From NCBI GenBank assembly GCA_030390025.1, contig CM059432.1:115198001-115262000 (forward strand): 64,000 nucleotides of DNA. Direction: 5' to 3'. Shown here one piece after another: positions 25,864 to 38,489 of the stretch; position 1 is the stretch's first letter; each line of letters begins with the position of its first letter. A program made the translations under genes and the position numbers. The notes under the pieces were generated by a model, which made no database searches, was not told the DNA's origin, and saw only the letters and a program-made list of their open reading frames with translations. Source of the DNA: Squalus acanthias. Its lineage: Eukaryota.

Positions 25864-26410
25864 GGGCCCAAAAGATCCACAGTCCTTCTGGAGCACTCCT
25901 ACGGTAGCTTCACCATTAGGGCCAGAACTTAGACAAAGTCGCAGCCTCGCAAGCGATTTCCAAGTCGGCCTAGTAAGAGAGGGAGCCTCTGCTCACTCTT
26001 TACAAGGTGAACAGCTTAAGAGGGGATGGAGACACCCAACATTGGGAGTCCCGACATCCCAAGCCACTCAGTCAGTGGGGGCTGCATCAGTGGCTGGTAT
26101 GCTTGATGGGATCAGGTATACCAGGCCACCGAATGGCAGATGTGAACCAGACCTGTGGCTCCAGGGCAGGATTTTCTCTGTGGGAGGAGGGAACCTGGCA
26201 TCCCTCAGAACTGGACTTTCCAGCTTGGAGGGCAAGATAGGAACCCTAGATTTTCCCCTGGTAGTGTGGACACTTGCCATTCACAAAGGAAAACAAGGAA
26301 CCACCACCTGACCCCACAAAATTTGGCACGGTCAGCAGCAGAGATCCCAAGCAGGCACATCTTGGCACTTCCACCAGGATACACCCACATCCCCCACTGA
26401 TTTTCGGCCT
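25864..26410. mobile_element. Probable Harbinger-type MITE
   Basis: Ends GGGCCCAAAAGATC / GATTTTCGGCCT in TA-rich flanks; GC-rich interior. Confidence 0.45.
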
Positions 26411-27394
26411 ATATATTATTAGCTCATATACGTTTCAATGAGTAGTTGTTTAAAAGTAGCATCTCCTGCCAACAGTCACCCAATTCAGATAAACCCAACA
26501 CTCATTATTGTACATATTAGCCTAGATTTTCAACTCCTGTCTAGAGCAGGGGCATAAAACAAGAAGCCAGGTGTGGGGAAAAAAGGCGGAAATCTTGCCC
26601 CAATGGAAGTCTATCTATCTTTCACCCCAAGGCAGTTTCCAGTGGGCAGGACCTCCAGTGGTGGAAGTGTCCACCTCAAACAGGCAGGCATTTCATTTAA
26701 ATATTAATTTACAGATGTCTGACCTGAACACTACTTCACGCCATTCTGCCATGCAGGACGTGAGATGTTAATCCCATACGTGTGAAATACGTATCCAGGG
26801 TTGCTAGGCGGTGGCAAGTGCCAACTGTTGTAAAGTATGTTTCCCCCATTGCCATTATTAGCATCAATGGGTTTCCTAATGGGAATTCCCCCATCGGAGG
26901 TAATCGAAAGCACAGGATGGCCTAAGGTGCAATGTCAGGCAGGTCAGCTGCTTGAGAGATGGCCACGCGTCAGTACCTGCACACTTACATCTGCAAACAG
27001 TTGTGAAGATACCTCGCATTGACAGACGATTAGCAAAGTTGCAGGTATCTAATCCCAGTGGAGCCTGGGACAGCAAATCCAACAGCATCAATAATCAGCA
27101 ACGGATGGGCTGGGACAGGGTGAAGAGGTGGGCAATGTTCTGGAGAAGTAGATAGTCTTTGTGACGGAGAGGATATGGGGTCAGAAACTCAACTCAACAG
27201 ATCATTACATACACGCAAACTAAAATTAATTTACTTTACTTTTATAGTTCAGAACGTTAGTTCTCATCTTGATAATTTTCTTAGAAGGGAAGATTTTTTT
27301 CCCCCCTACTGCATTAACTGTGGTAATTAAAACAACACTGAACATGTGGTGGACGGAAGGTACACATAATCCAGTTGTAAGAGGGTTTGTATGA

Positions 27395-27750
27395 TTATCT
27401 GAGCCATACAATCCAGCAAGGTCCTAACTTTGATCCGTGGTCTACGTTGAGTGAGCTGATTTCAGCTGGGGTGCTACCACTGGCCTCAGCAGCCCTGGGT
27501 TAGAGAGCGGGAGGCAAATTGGGCAGGATTCCTCGTCCTGATCACTAACCAGCACCTCCTGCTGAAAAGTGAGGGCAGGATTAGGATCAACCATGATGTT
27601 CCCCCATGGTGAACTGACCTATTGTATTCACACTGACAAGATTTACACATGAATAATGGGCACTTGGAAATGTACCATAGTTTACCAGTGTTTGTGGAAT
27701 CACATCCCAGCAAGGGGTCAGTGTCTTTAGGGGAGAAGTAGAGGAAAAAG
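27395..27750 (+). repeat. Old interspersed repeat, SINE-like; related copies near 34470-34850 and 58740-59150
   Basis: Shared blocks TGGTCT.TG.TG..TTAGCTGAT.TCAG, TGTGATG...CCATGGTTGAAT and CACTTGGG.GAG across the three loci. Confidence 0.6.
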
Positions 27751-29278
27751 GATTCGCATTTATATAGTACCTTACCAACTTTCTCACAAAATGTGCCAAA
27801 GTATCACACACAACCCCCTCCGATGAGATAGCCAAGAGCGAATACTATTCTATCCTCACTCTCATGTTGGACAACTAGGGATCAGACACATACTCAATGC
27901 ACAGCATCTGCTGCTCCCAATCCCACTAAATCAGCAGAAAACAGATGTATTCATTCATGTCCACTAGATCATCAGTAATTGGATACTTAATACATTTCGC
28001 CACACACTCACACACATGCACCAATGACTCTCCCAACAGATTGTCTAAAAAAAAATCCACAATAACAATAGTAAAAAATATTTTAAAAGAACACCACCTA
28101 CCTTTGCAGCAGCAGTCACTCCCAGGCATAGGCATCTGTCATCATTAGAAGATTGAAAACACTGGGACCACAGAAAATGGTGTTGTGGCTGTGCAGAAAG
28201 ACATTTGTCTCTGCACATGTAGACTACTTTTTTTTTAAAGTCACATCTATATCCAAGTGGAGGCAATGTTGATCTTTTTCCCCCTTAATATTCTAATTTT
28301 GCTACAAAACCGATTCAGACTTTGAGTTTGATGCTCTTCATCAGATAATGGCACATTGTGTGAGAACACTATGGTTGTTCCTTTGAGACCAAGATTAAAA
28401 CATTTTAATCCTCATGCATCTTGTGTGTGTGTTGCATATATTGTGTCTCAAATAACCATTGAGGTTATAGCCTTGAGATTGCATTCATTCTAATAAATAC
28501 TGCAAAATGTTATTTGCTGCTATTTGTCCCAGCAGAGACTCACTGTGTGCATCTAGATAGGAAGATGTTAAAGATACTTAATTTCATAACATTGGTGGTT
28601 GTTAAAAGAGTGGATTTTGCCATTTCTCATTTGTTTGCATAAACATTTCAGTGAATAACTATATTTTGCAGATATAAATTAATCAAAGTAGCACTGAAAG
28701 TGCACATGATTTGTATGATCATGTTCCAAATAAAGGTTTGATAACAGTGATATAATTAGTGCAAGTTTGGAAACTAATTTAACTGATTACCTGGATGTTG
28801 TACAGCCAGTGTCTATTGTAATAGTTATTGCAAATATCTTTACTGGTTAAAATTCTCTGGATTAGTCTGTTCAGAAGATGGGAGGCCTTATGGAATCCTA
28901 CACATAGAATATACACCAAGGGAGGGGATATCTTCTAAAGGTACGTACAATAAAAGTACGAACATCCTGCTGTACACCCTCACGGTATTGCAAGGTCTAT
29001 AGGAAGAGACAGAGTGATTGCTGATCAATTATTTTCCTATTTTTTGATTTATGACCATGGTATGCAATTTTCCTTTAACAAAATGTTAAAAATACAGGTA
29101 GAAATATATTCAAAGGAAAAAAAATATATAGTGCACACACAGTAATTAGACCACACAATCAAGGTACAGCAGCTATACTCTATGTGACCAGTCGTGACTT
29201 TCCAGTGTCACACACTGCCCATTATGACAGAAAAAGTTAAAAGCACCAAATTCAAACTATATACAGCAGCTTACTTAC

Positions 29279-29365
29279 GCCTGGGGTTCCTTCTCATTTT
29301 GTTGTTTTTGTTGTGGCTGAAGAACGTTATTTACCAGTTCAGTGATCCCACTAAAGGGAAACCAC
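29279..29365 (-). CDS. RIMS2: RIMS2 splice-site-A exon, 87 nt, phase 2-2: (Q)WFPFSGITELVNNVLQPQQKQQNEKEPQ(A)
   Basis: Acceptor tttaaacAG, donor GTAAGT, open symmetric frame. The peptide matches the recalled mammalian RIM2-alpha N-terminal insert almost exactly. Confidence 0.93.
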
Positions 29366-29776
29366 CTGTTTAAATAAGCAAATAATGTGACTGAACAATG
29401 AGACAAATCACTTAAACTTTGGCCTCAGTGTCTTTGCACCTAAATAACACAGGCAAGAAAGAAAAGCTACAGCCAAATGGGAATGAGAGTTGCAATCAGA
29501 TCCAGCAAGTAAGGATGTAGGGCAACATTATATCAGCTTATGTTTAACCAATCCAAGTGCAGGGAGCAAAAAAAGCTACAACCAGTCTGGATGTGGATGA
29601 TGTAAGAAGCTGCAGCCAGCTCTCTTACAGCCAATCAGGAAGCAAAATGATGCACTACAGCTGCAGCCAGTAAGGTATCAAGAATAGCTAATACCTAGAA
29701 GGTGCAGAAAGCACAGGGGCGAAACACTGCAAGATAAAAGTTTTCAAGCTCACTACATTCGGAGATTATTACTTAC

Positions 29777-29809
29777 TGTGGCTGTTGAGGTTTTTGTTCT
29801 TCTTTGACC
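29777..29809 (-). CDS. RIMS2: RIMS2 splice-site-A small exon, 33 nt, phase 2-2: (K)VKEEQKPQQP(Q)
   Basis: Acceptor ttgttttttAG, donor GTAAGT. Joins in frame to the 87-nt exon and resembles the recalled RIM2 VKEEHKxQxTQ. Confidence 0.9.
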
Positions 29810-32088
29810 CTAAAAAACAAGTTCCACAACTCAATGCAGGATAAAGCAGAAATTAAAATTTGTAAATCAAACTATTAAGGTTCTTGAACTGTATGGTTTT
29901 AGTCACGTACAATGACATTGAATTGTCCTGGAAAAGAGTTCTCAATTTTTTTTTAAAAAGGGCTTAATTTTCCTGTCTTTGCTGCCCTCAAGTCCTATCT
30001 GCCCACTGCAGGCACAAATGGGAATTGCACCCAGGCACCCTCAGTTATCACAGGCAAATTAGGAAGTTTCCACGTGAGCTCAAGTTTGGGAGGGGCATGG
30101 ACAAATCAGAGGAGGAGGAGGAGAGAGTCAATTCATGCTCTCCACCATGCCAATATCCTTTTCAGTGGGTACAATGCACCTTACAGAACACATGCAGATA
30201 AGACCCTCTTCAGTCTAGTCTTATTCATATGCATGGGAAAGCTATAACCATTCTTTGTGGTGGGGTGGGTGGGGGAAGGCACCATTTAAGAAAATATAAT
30301 GAAACAGCCAGACAGGAGGAATGGCACTCACCATTACCTGCAAGCTAAATCCATTTCTTATAAATGCAGATCACTAAACATCTATTAGAGGCTCTGCAAA
30401 TGTGCCCTGATAAAATAAATGTATTACTTATTTTGAGCATGTTGTGTACAGAAAAAAAATTAGCTTTTTTACATATGAACACAAGTCAGGTCCATCTGTG
30501 TCCATTTTCACACATGCTGAGGAGAGATGGGGAACTAGAACCAAAGGCTGAGAAGAAAAATAAGCAAAAAAACAGAAAAGTTTTGCATTCCTATTTAATC
30601 TCAGTGCCAGAATCTAGGGTCAGTCAGCATAACATTCTTCAATATTGACTGGAGTTTGGTTTCAAAGTTTCAGAATCCATATCTACCCAACATAACAAGA
30701 TCAGTCACAAGCCCTTTATACACAAATGTCACTCATAACTCATTCTTCAATTGCCCCTTCACGGGCGAAGCACTTTGAACTCGTATTCACCTGTACCAGC
30801 ACTTTCCACTTTAATTAAAGTTGTTTTACGAGAGGTCGGAGGAGGTAATGCTATCCTTTCACAATACAGCTAGACACCATTTACACCATGAATACTAAAT
30901 CACCGATGATTACCAGCAAACATACCTTAAATCCTGAATTCAATAATGACATTTTATTCATGCACGGGACAGGTTTTTTTTTTAAAGAAATGGCTTAATT
31001 AACTATTACACCAAAATTAAACTTTATTTAATAATCTTTAAAGTTGGATGGTGTGCTATGTTGGGATTGCAACACATTCGGACACAACTTTGCAACAGCA
31101 ACTTCCCAAATGCTGATCTCTTGACGTCAGCCCTGTTGCTGGGGGATTAAGTTGGAGCACTTTGCCACAAGAGTGAGAGAACAAAGATGGAGCCACCCTT
31201 CTCTACTCTTGTCCACTTCCAAGCAATGTCTGTTTTTGTAAAATCAACCTACAGGCTAAAAGAAAGTCAGTGTTTACGATGTTGCTTAAAACCAGAATAC
31301 ATAGAGAATAATGGATAGCTGGAGTGATGGCAAAGCAGTAATCCAATTGAGGGGTTCAGATTGTGTCAAAGTACAAGAGTAAAACTCTTGCAGTTTCTAA
31401 ATGTCATCTGAAGAGATTAAATTTCAGTTCTGAAATTACTCCAGAGTATCATACACTGAAGAGAATATGGAATGGTTTTATTCAGTTTGGGCTTAGTGTG
31501 TGTTTTGACCATCAGCAGTCAGTATCAATGATATATTGTAATGTTCACACTGAAGGAATAATGATTGGTAATTTATCAAAAAATAAGTTGATTATTGGGA
31601 AGAGCCTATTGCTAGCACATACTATAGAGGGAATAATGGATAACCAGGTGTAATTACAAAGTAGTAATTCAATCAATGTTCAGTTCAAATGTCACAATCC
31701 ATAAAACGGGAATAGCTTTGAAATGCGGTCATGCATCCTTCTATGTACGTGAAGTCTATGGGGATAGCATTATTGTGTTGTAAGAGTAGCTTTATTGCAT
31801 TTTGAGCTCTCTATCTTTTTTGGCACTGGTGGATGCCATGCTCAACACAGATTTGTGCTTTGTGTCATCAATGCATGATAACATCCCTTTTGAAGAATTA
31901 ATGGCAAGTAGTATATAGTAAATTACCAGGAAATAATGGTCAGTATGGAATATATTACAAATATTTAATTCTTACCTGCAGCCCTCCTACAACATGTTCT
32001 GCTCTTCTTAATTAATACATTACCCTAAACAAATCCTACACAAATAAAGCTAGACTAACACTTGGAAAATCCCATCACAACACAAGTT

Positions 32089-32401
32089 GGCAACACGGTG
32101 GCATAGTGGTTAGCACTGTTACCTCACAGCGCCAGGGACCCGGGTTCAAATCTGGCCTCGGGTGACTGTCTGTGTGGAGTTTGCACATTCTCCCCTGCGT
32201 GGGTTTCCTCCGGGTGCTCCGGTTTCCTCCCACAGTCCAAAGATGTGCGGGTTAGGTTGATTTGGCTATGATAAATTAACCCTTAGTGTTAGGGGGATTA
32301 AATACGTGGGGTTACGGGGATAGGGTGGGATATGTGTCGGTGCAGGCTCGATGGGCCGAAATGGCCTCTATCTGCACTGTGGGGATTCTGTGATTCTGTG
32401 A
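32089..32401 (+). mobile_element. HE1-type V-SINE
   Basis: tRNA-like head GGTGGCATAGTGGTTAGCAC / GGTTCAAATC, V-domain TGCGTGGGTTTCCTCCGGGTGCTCCGGTTTCCTCCCACA, CR1-like (ATTCTGTG)2 tail. Confidence 0.92.
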
Positions 32402-35400
32402 AGTTGATGCAGTGGTAAAGTTTGACTCTGATACTCAGATTCAGATAGGTGTGGAAGTACAAAGCTGCCGCAATAAATACATGTACCATAAAGCTTTGAG
32501 AATAATACACACTTAGTGGACTGCATGGAAATATATAAAATATGTCTAAAGAACCAACATTTTTCTAAAATTCTCCACCAAAAGGGGTGCATATTTTACG
32601 TGGGAATATACTATACATAAATATTTATGATACTTTTAATTTGTAGCAAGTGCATCCCAATAAATAAATACCATTAAAAACAATAGCCTAGATTTATTTT
32701 AAACAGGTCAACCATGGGGTTAAAACACTGCCAATCAGAAAATCTAGGCTAAGGGGCGGGGGGGTCATAGTCCATTTAAAATAAAGCAACACAGTAAAGT
32801 AATCATGCATATCTGAAGCAGAGATTAGATCCCAGTCTTGAAATTACAGCAGACTACTTTATACACTGAGGAGCATATTTAGTGCTCTTTGGGCTGTGAA
32901 GCTTGGGGTTTGCACATCTTTACTGGACCACCTAAGGTTCTGGCCTAAGCCTCTCTGAAAGCTAGCCCCATGCTGAGAATAAAACTCCAAGTAAAAATAT
33001 CAAAAAGTGCTGAGACACATTCATGATATTAACAGCACTTGGCAAGACATTTCAGTCCTGCTTTGATCATGTGACACACTCTGAACTTTGACTTGAGCGT
33101 TTTAATCGCTAAAATCTTTCATATCTCATACATTCACCTCTGTATATCTTCTAAATACTGCTGAGAAAATTCAGTTTGAATAAGAAATTTAGGAAACAAA
33201 CTCAGAGCTAAAACCCTCTCGTTTGATTTCATGGCATGCTTTATAAAACAGTTTGGAGTAATTCAGTGAAAGCCTTGGTATGGAGAGATGTTTTACTAAG
33301 GGGCACATTTACAAAAAAAAATGAATTTCCCATATTGGACATTATTTGTTTAATAGGAATAATTGAATAAGGAGACATTTGCGCTCCACGTTGATGGATG
33401 TTCTCCCTTAAGTGGCTTCTACCGTATTAGTGACAAATAATAATAGGTTAGTAGATGTTATTAAGCTGTAGTCTAATCAAGACTACGGTATAAATTATGA
33501 TAGGGGCAACTGAACAGTTTAGATATGTCACTCAAATTCCATGATTAGGTTAATCTTGAAATCGTTGGTATTGTTTTTAATTATACAATATGTATTTGTT
33601 CATGAGTTTTTAATTCAGCTTTTGCGTGGTTATGATGGCGGCAGCTGGCAGCACACGGTGCGTTCTTGATGCACGACTATGTTCATTGCGTCTTGTGATG
33701 TCATCAGTGTAGTGTTGCCAGTTTCTGAATCTGCAGTTGATTACCAGAATTTACGGTCTTTATTATATATTGTAGTATTTAACATCTGCAGCAGGTCCAT
33801 ACCAGTAATATACCATTCAATTTTATGAATTAACTGTCAGGCCATTTGTAAGGGCCTCCATATTTTATTCTTGTCACAATTAATTTTTTGGTACATTGTA
33901 GGAGCAATGACTGTAAATCAAACACATTCAAAGCATGTGTTCTGTAATAATGTCTATCTAAAAACCTACTTTCAATCCTGATTTGCACTTGAAATTCAAA
34001 CAATTTAGACACTGTACATTTAAGGGTGACGTAGTTTAAATGATTTATCATGTGATGAAGCATTTGCAGCCATAGTGACCGCAACCAAATTCAAATCGAT
34101 TAAAATATAATTATTTTAGGTACTGATCGGCATTAAATGCATTTTTTTCAATTTTAAAAAGTTACCAAAGTTCAAAGATATGAAAAAATACCTCATCATG
34201 GCTAAAATTCTTCAGATTTATAATATTGATATAACATCACACATCACATACCCTTACCATCTTGTTGGAGCAGTTTGACTACGGTAAAAAGGCATCTTAC
34301 ACTGTTATACCACAATTAAGGGAAAGGTTGAGTTTTCTCAAGTGATTAACTATTTTTTTAAAGATGAAGGTTGGGTTTTATCAATTAGTTCAGCTTTTTG
34401 AAGCAGAAAAAAATCTCTGAGCTCTGACCATCTTATCCTGAGCTTCTCTGACACCTCAATGGATATCTGCGCTGCCTGGAAGGTTTAAGGATTGATTCCT
34501 GGTCTATGCTGATCTCAACTAGCAGCACTAGTGGTGCTACAATTGGTCTCAACATCTCTGAGCTAGAGAGGAAAAATATTAGTCAGGGTTCTTTCTCCTC
34601 CTGAGTGCCATCCAGTAGCCTCTTTTGGAAAGTGCGCATGTGTTAATGCCAGCTGGCGACAAGATCAGGCTTGGTTGTGATGCAGTCCATGGTTGAATGT
34701 CTGCTAATAACCATTGTCCACATGCACAAGTGAAGAATGATCATTTGGGTGAGGTACTGAAGGGCTGCTGGTTTCCATGGATATATGCTCAATATGCATC
34801 AATTTCTTCAGAAGAGGCAGGGAGAAAGTTGAAGGGAAAAAAGAAATGATCATCCTAACTCAAAACACTAATCCCCCAATTTGCACAGTCACTTTTTTAA
34901 ATTCACAGTGTTGCCACTAGATGCTAAAAATGAAACCCAAGTGTTACTCTGCAAGTCCTAAAAACATGATTATGACCAATTGGCCAGAGGAGAACACTAT
35001 CATGATCAGCTGCAAAAGTCACTATCTTCTATTCTGAATGTTAAGTTTTATAGATGCAGCAGGCTCACAGTTTGCCATGATGATGGTTGCATTCTGAACA
35101 GCAACACTAACGATGTCATGAAAGCCACATGCAGCATGCAAGTATTCTGTAAATGGAAAGCAGTGCCACTAGGTATTGCAAAGAGTAATCACCCTGTCAG
35201 TTATCTCCTGCCAGACATTTTGGATGACTCTTCATGGGGAGTGTGCCCTTGAATGCCAACAAGGAGGCTGCCTCACTCGTAGGCATCATCCATAAATCTA
35301 TAGGTTAATTAAAATATTGCCCTTTAATATTGTCTAGGACTTGAAGGCATTTCCAGTCCAGGTTGATAGAAGGAAACAGATTTTCCTCACTAGAGATTTA

Positions 35401-36620
35401 GCTTTACAGAGTTGAGTTCATTATAATCTAGTTCCCACTGGACACAGTTCATGGTTTGATAATCCCTCTAATAATTCAATTGAACACACAAAAATGAGAC
35501 TAGAGGGGGAAAGCTTGCTGCCAGGGAAAGAACAGTGGTCCTATCAGAACTACCTGTCTTGCTGCTAATTATATATTAACAGTGGGCTCCCGCTTCCCCC
35601 CAACGGACTGTCTGTGGAAGCTCGCATGCAAGCACGGACAAGGAAATGTAAAGCCCTGCTGCAGCTGTTTAAAGGGCAGCAGCAGACATATAAAAGGTTT
35701 CTATTTCCTATGAACTGAAGGAAAAGGGAAAAGGGGTTCACACTATTTCTCCAATAGAGGGTTCCTGAAAGCACATGGACATATTTATATATGTTGCCCA
35801 TAAGGTGTAGTGAGGCAAAATAAGGGTGCCTTTTGGCAATCAAGAACACCCTCCCCAGAGAAGGGACATCTGAAATGACTGGCAGGAAATAGAAAATAAC
35901 CTGATCTTGTTACGTTCTGACCCCCTTCTCACTCTCAGATGCACATGCATACACAAAACATGGCACAGAGTATACTGCAATGCAAGCTCTGCTTGAAGTC
36001 ATCTCTTAGAGGCAGCAGTGTAACATATGTTCTTCTATTGTTATAGGCCTGGAAGAACAGGTAAAAATTAAAATTATTAGATGGAAAATCATGGGGAGTG
36101 TGCCTGTGATTTCCCAATATGTGCTCCCAGTGGCTGAGGCTCCACACCATAAAGTCCATTCAGAAAATCAACGCTCATGTGACTCAGTCCAATTATTAGA
36201 ACCCACAAGACAACACATACATCATTTTTGAACCAGATTTAGATTTAGAGTCTGGGAAAATGGTCCAACAGATTTATATGTATTAAAAAAAAATTCTAAA
36301 CCACAAATGGCATATTCAAGCATTTTCAGAAATATGCAAACTGAGTTTTTTAAATATTAATGACAGTTTCTGTCACCATTTTGAGGCAGGATATTGTATT
36401 TCTGGTTCTGTAAACTTAACAAAAACTACCTGACCCAAACATAGAAAATTATAATGACAGATATTATAGAATCATACAGCACAGAAGGAGGCCATTCTGA
36501 CCATCGTGCCTTTGCTGGCTCCCCTGGTCTTTCCCCATAACCATGCAAATGTTTCCTTTTGAAGTATATATCCAATTACCTTTTGAAAGTTACGATTGAA
36601 TCTGCTTCCTCCACCCTTTC

Positions 36621-37083
36621 TGTGTCAGCTGTGGCTCAGTGGGTAGCACACTCGCCTCTGAGTCAGAAGGTTGTGGGTTCAAGTCCCACTCCAGGGACTT
36701 GAGCACATAAAGCTAGGCTGACACTGCAGTGCTGAGGGAGTGCTGCACTGTTGGAGGTGCTGTCTTTTGGATGAGATGTTAAACCGAGGCCCCGTCTGCT
36801 CTCTCAGGTGGACGTAAAAGATCCCATGGCACTATTTCAAAGAAGAGTAGGGGAGTTATCCTGGGTGTCCTGGCCAATATTTATCCCTCAACCAACATCA
36901 CTAAAACAGATTATCTGGTCATTATCACATTGCTGTTTGTGGGACCTTGCTGTGCGCAAATTGGCTGCCGTGTCTCCCACATTACAACAGTGACTACACT
37001 CCAAAAGTACTTCATTGACTGTAAAGCACTTTGAGACGTCCGGTGGTCATGAAAAGTGCTATATAAATGCAAGTCTTTCTTTT
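36621..37083 (+). mobile_element. Full-length SacSINE1-like DeuSINE inserted in a CR1 3' end
   Basis: Box A TGGCTCAGTGG, box B GGTTCAAGTCC, Deu domain GGATGAGATGTTAAACCGAGGCCCCGTCTG...GGACGTAAAAGATCCCATGGCAC, tail TATATAAATGCAAGTCTTTC. Host CR1 reads CACCCTTTC|AGGCAGTGCATTCC. Confidence 0.9.
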
Positions 37084-37107
37084 CAGGCAGTGCATTCCAG
37101 ATTATAA

Positions 37108-37322
37108 GGGTACATTTCTGAATTTGTGCTCCCTGCATGGAGGTTTGCATTGGGAGCGTCTATCGGGAATTTGGGCATTGGGATCAGTGCACCCTGCAAG
37201 ATTTTCTGGCCATTAACATTAATGGATAGAAAATTCTGCAGGGTCCCCTGCGCCCAGATTTCTGATACGCAATCTTGATGCATGAAGCTTCATGCCTGGA
37301 GTGCAAATTCAGAAACTCCACC
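37108..37322. mobile_element. MITE with ~25-bp imperfect TIRs
   Basis: GGTACATTTCTGAATTTGTGCTCC ... GGAGTGCAAATTCAGAAACTCCACC, with TAA/TTA flanks. Confidence 0.65.
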
Positions 37323-37675
37323 TTACAGTGTCCTGTGAGGGTCACCTTAAATTGAATTGTGTCCTTAGAAGTCTAAGATCTGGCTCAAAGACTATTGCTA
37401 ATGTATGTTGTACATTAATGTAATAAAAAGGTGACGAATGGAAATGAGCACATTTCAACAGGTGATGAACTTCATAAACTTTTGCGAGCTCTGACTCCCA
37501 TGAAAATTCTGGTGGATAATGGAGGTTCCACAGTGTATGTTGATTTCTAGGAGTAATTAACTCTATTACATTTTAATGGTGCCGCATAAAAGGTTACTGC
37601 ACAAGATAAGAGCTCACGGTGTATGGGGTAATATATTAGACTGGTTAGAGGATTGGCTAACTGACAGAAAACAGA

Positions 37676-38489
37676 GGGCGCAATCTTGCCAGCCCTGGAG
37701 AGGCAGATATGGAGGCAGGACTGCCGGGAAAATGGCAGAATTTGGGGGCGGGTGCCCAACCCGCCTCCGTGCCATCTTCCCAGGAGGCGGGTAGCCGTCC
37801 CGCACCGGGTTCCGTCTCCTTGGAGGCGGGAAGGGATTACAGCCACTTAACTGCCTGTTAACAGGTAGTTAACAGGCAGAAAATAGGCTTATCACCATTT
37901 TGCCCACACAAGTGCGGGCTTCCCGAAGGCTCCGAACCCCGCCAGGGTCACCGAGGCGTGTAGTGGGTGCAAAAGTGTGCTGTGGAGGTAAGTGATGGGT
38001 GCAAGTGTGGAGAGGTGAGTATCTGAGGTAAGTGCAAAGTGTTAAAAAAGTGTACTTACCTTTGTTTCTTCCTGCAGGCTTCAGTCGGTGGGTATGCGGA
38101 GAGTCTCGCACCTCCACGGTAGAGATGACAGATGGCCGTTGCATTCTCCAATGCAACAACCATCTCATTTCTGCAAAAGAAAGAGGTTTGATGAGGTCTT
38201 GAATTCAAGACCTCATCAAACTACAGAGAATGTCAGTGTTTGACAGCTTCTCAGAGCTGTCAAACGATGACAATTCATCTGTCAAAAAATTGACAGATGA
38301 AACGTCATACGTTGACGTTCTCTGCAACCGGCTTTCCCTCAATTGGCCTGCTAAGCCCGCTGGGCGGGCTTAACAAAGTCAATCAAGGGAAAATAGCGTG
38401 GGTTGGCCAGAAGTTGATGGAGGCGGGACTGAAACCTGACAAGTGGGAGTCCCGCCTCCAAAAGCTCCCCATTGGCAAAATCCAGCCCC
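37676..38489. mobile_element. PIF/Harbinger-type non-autonomous element rich in hairpins
   Basis: TIRs GGGCGCAATCTTGCC / GGCAAAATCCAGCCCC; AGA duplicated. Removing it restores CR1 AAAACAGAGAGTTGGA. Confidence 0.85.

Noticed and set aside
32089..32160. tRNA gene candidates here, at 36621 and near 9030
   Set aside because: These are SINE heads with A/B boxes that continue into SINE bodies; no full cloverleaf.
35625..35645. REST/NRSE-like AGCACGGACA
   Set aside because: Only a partial match with wrong spacing between half sites.
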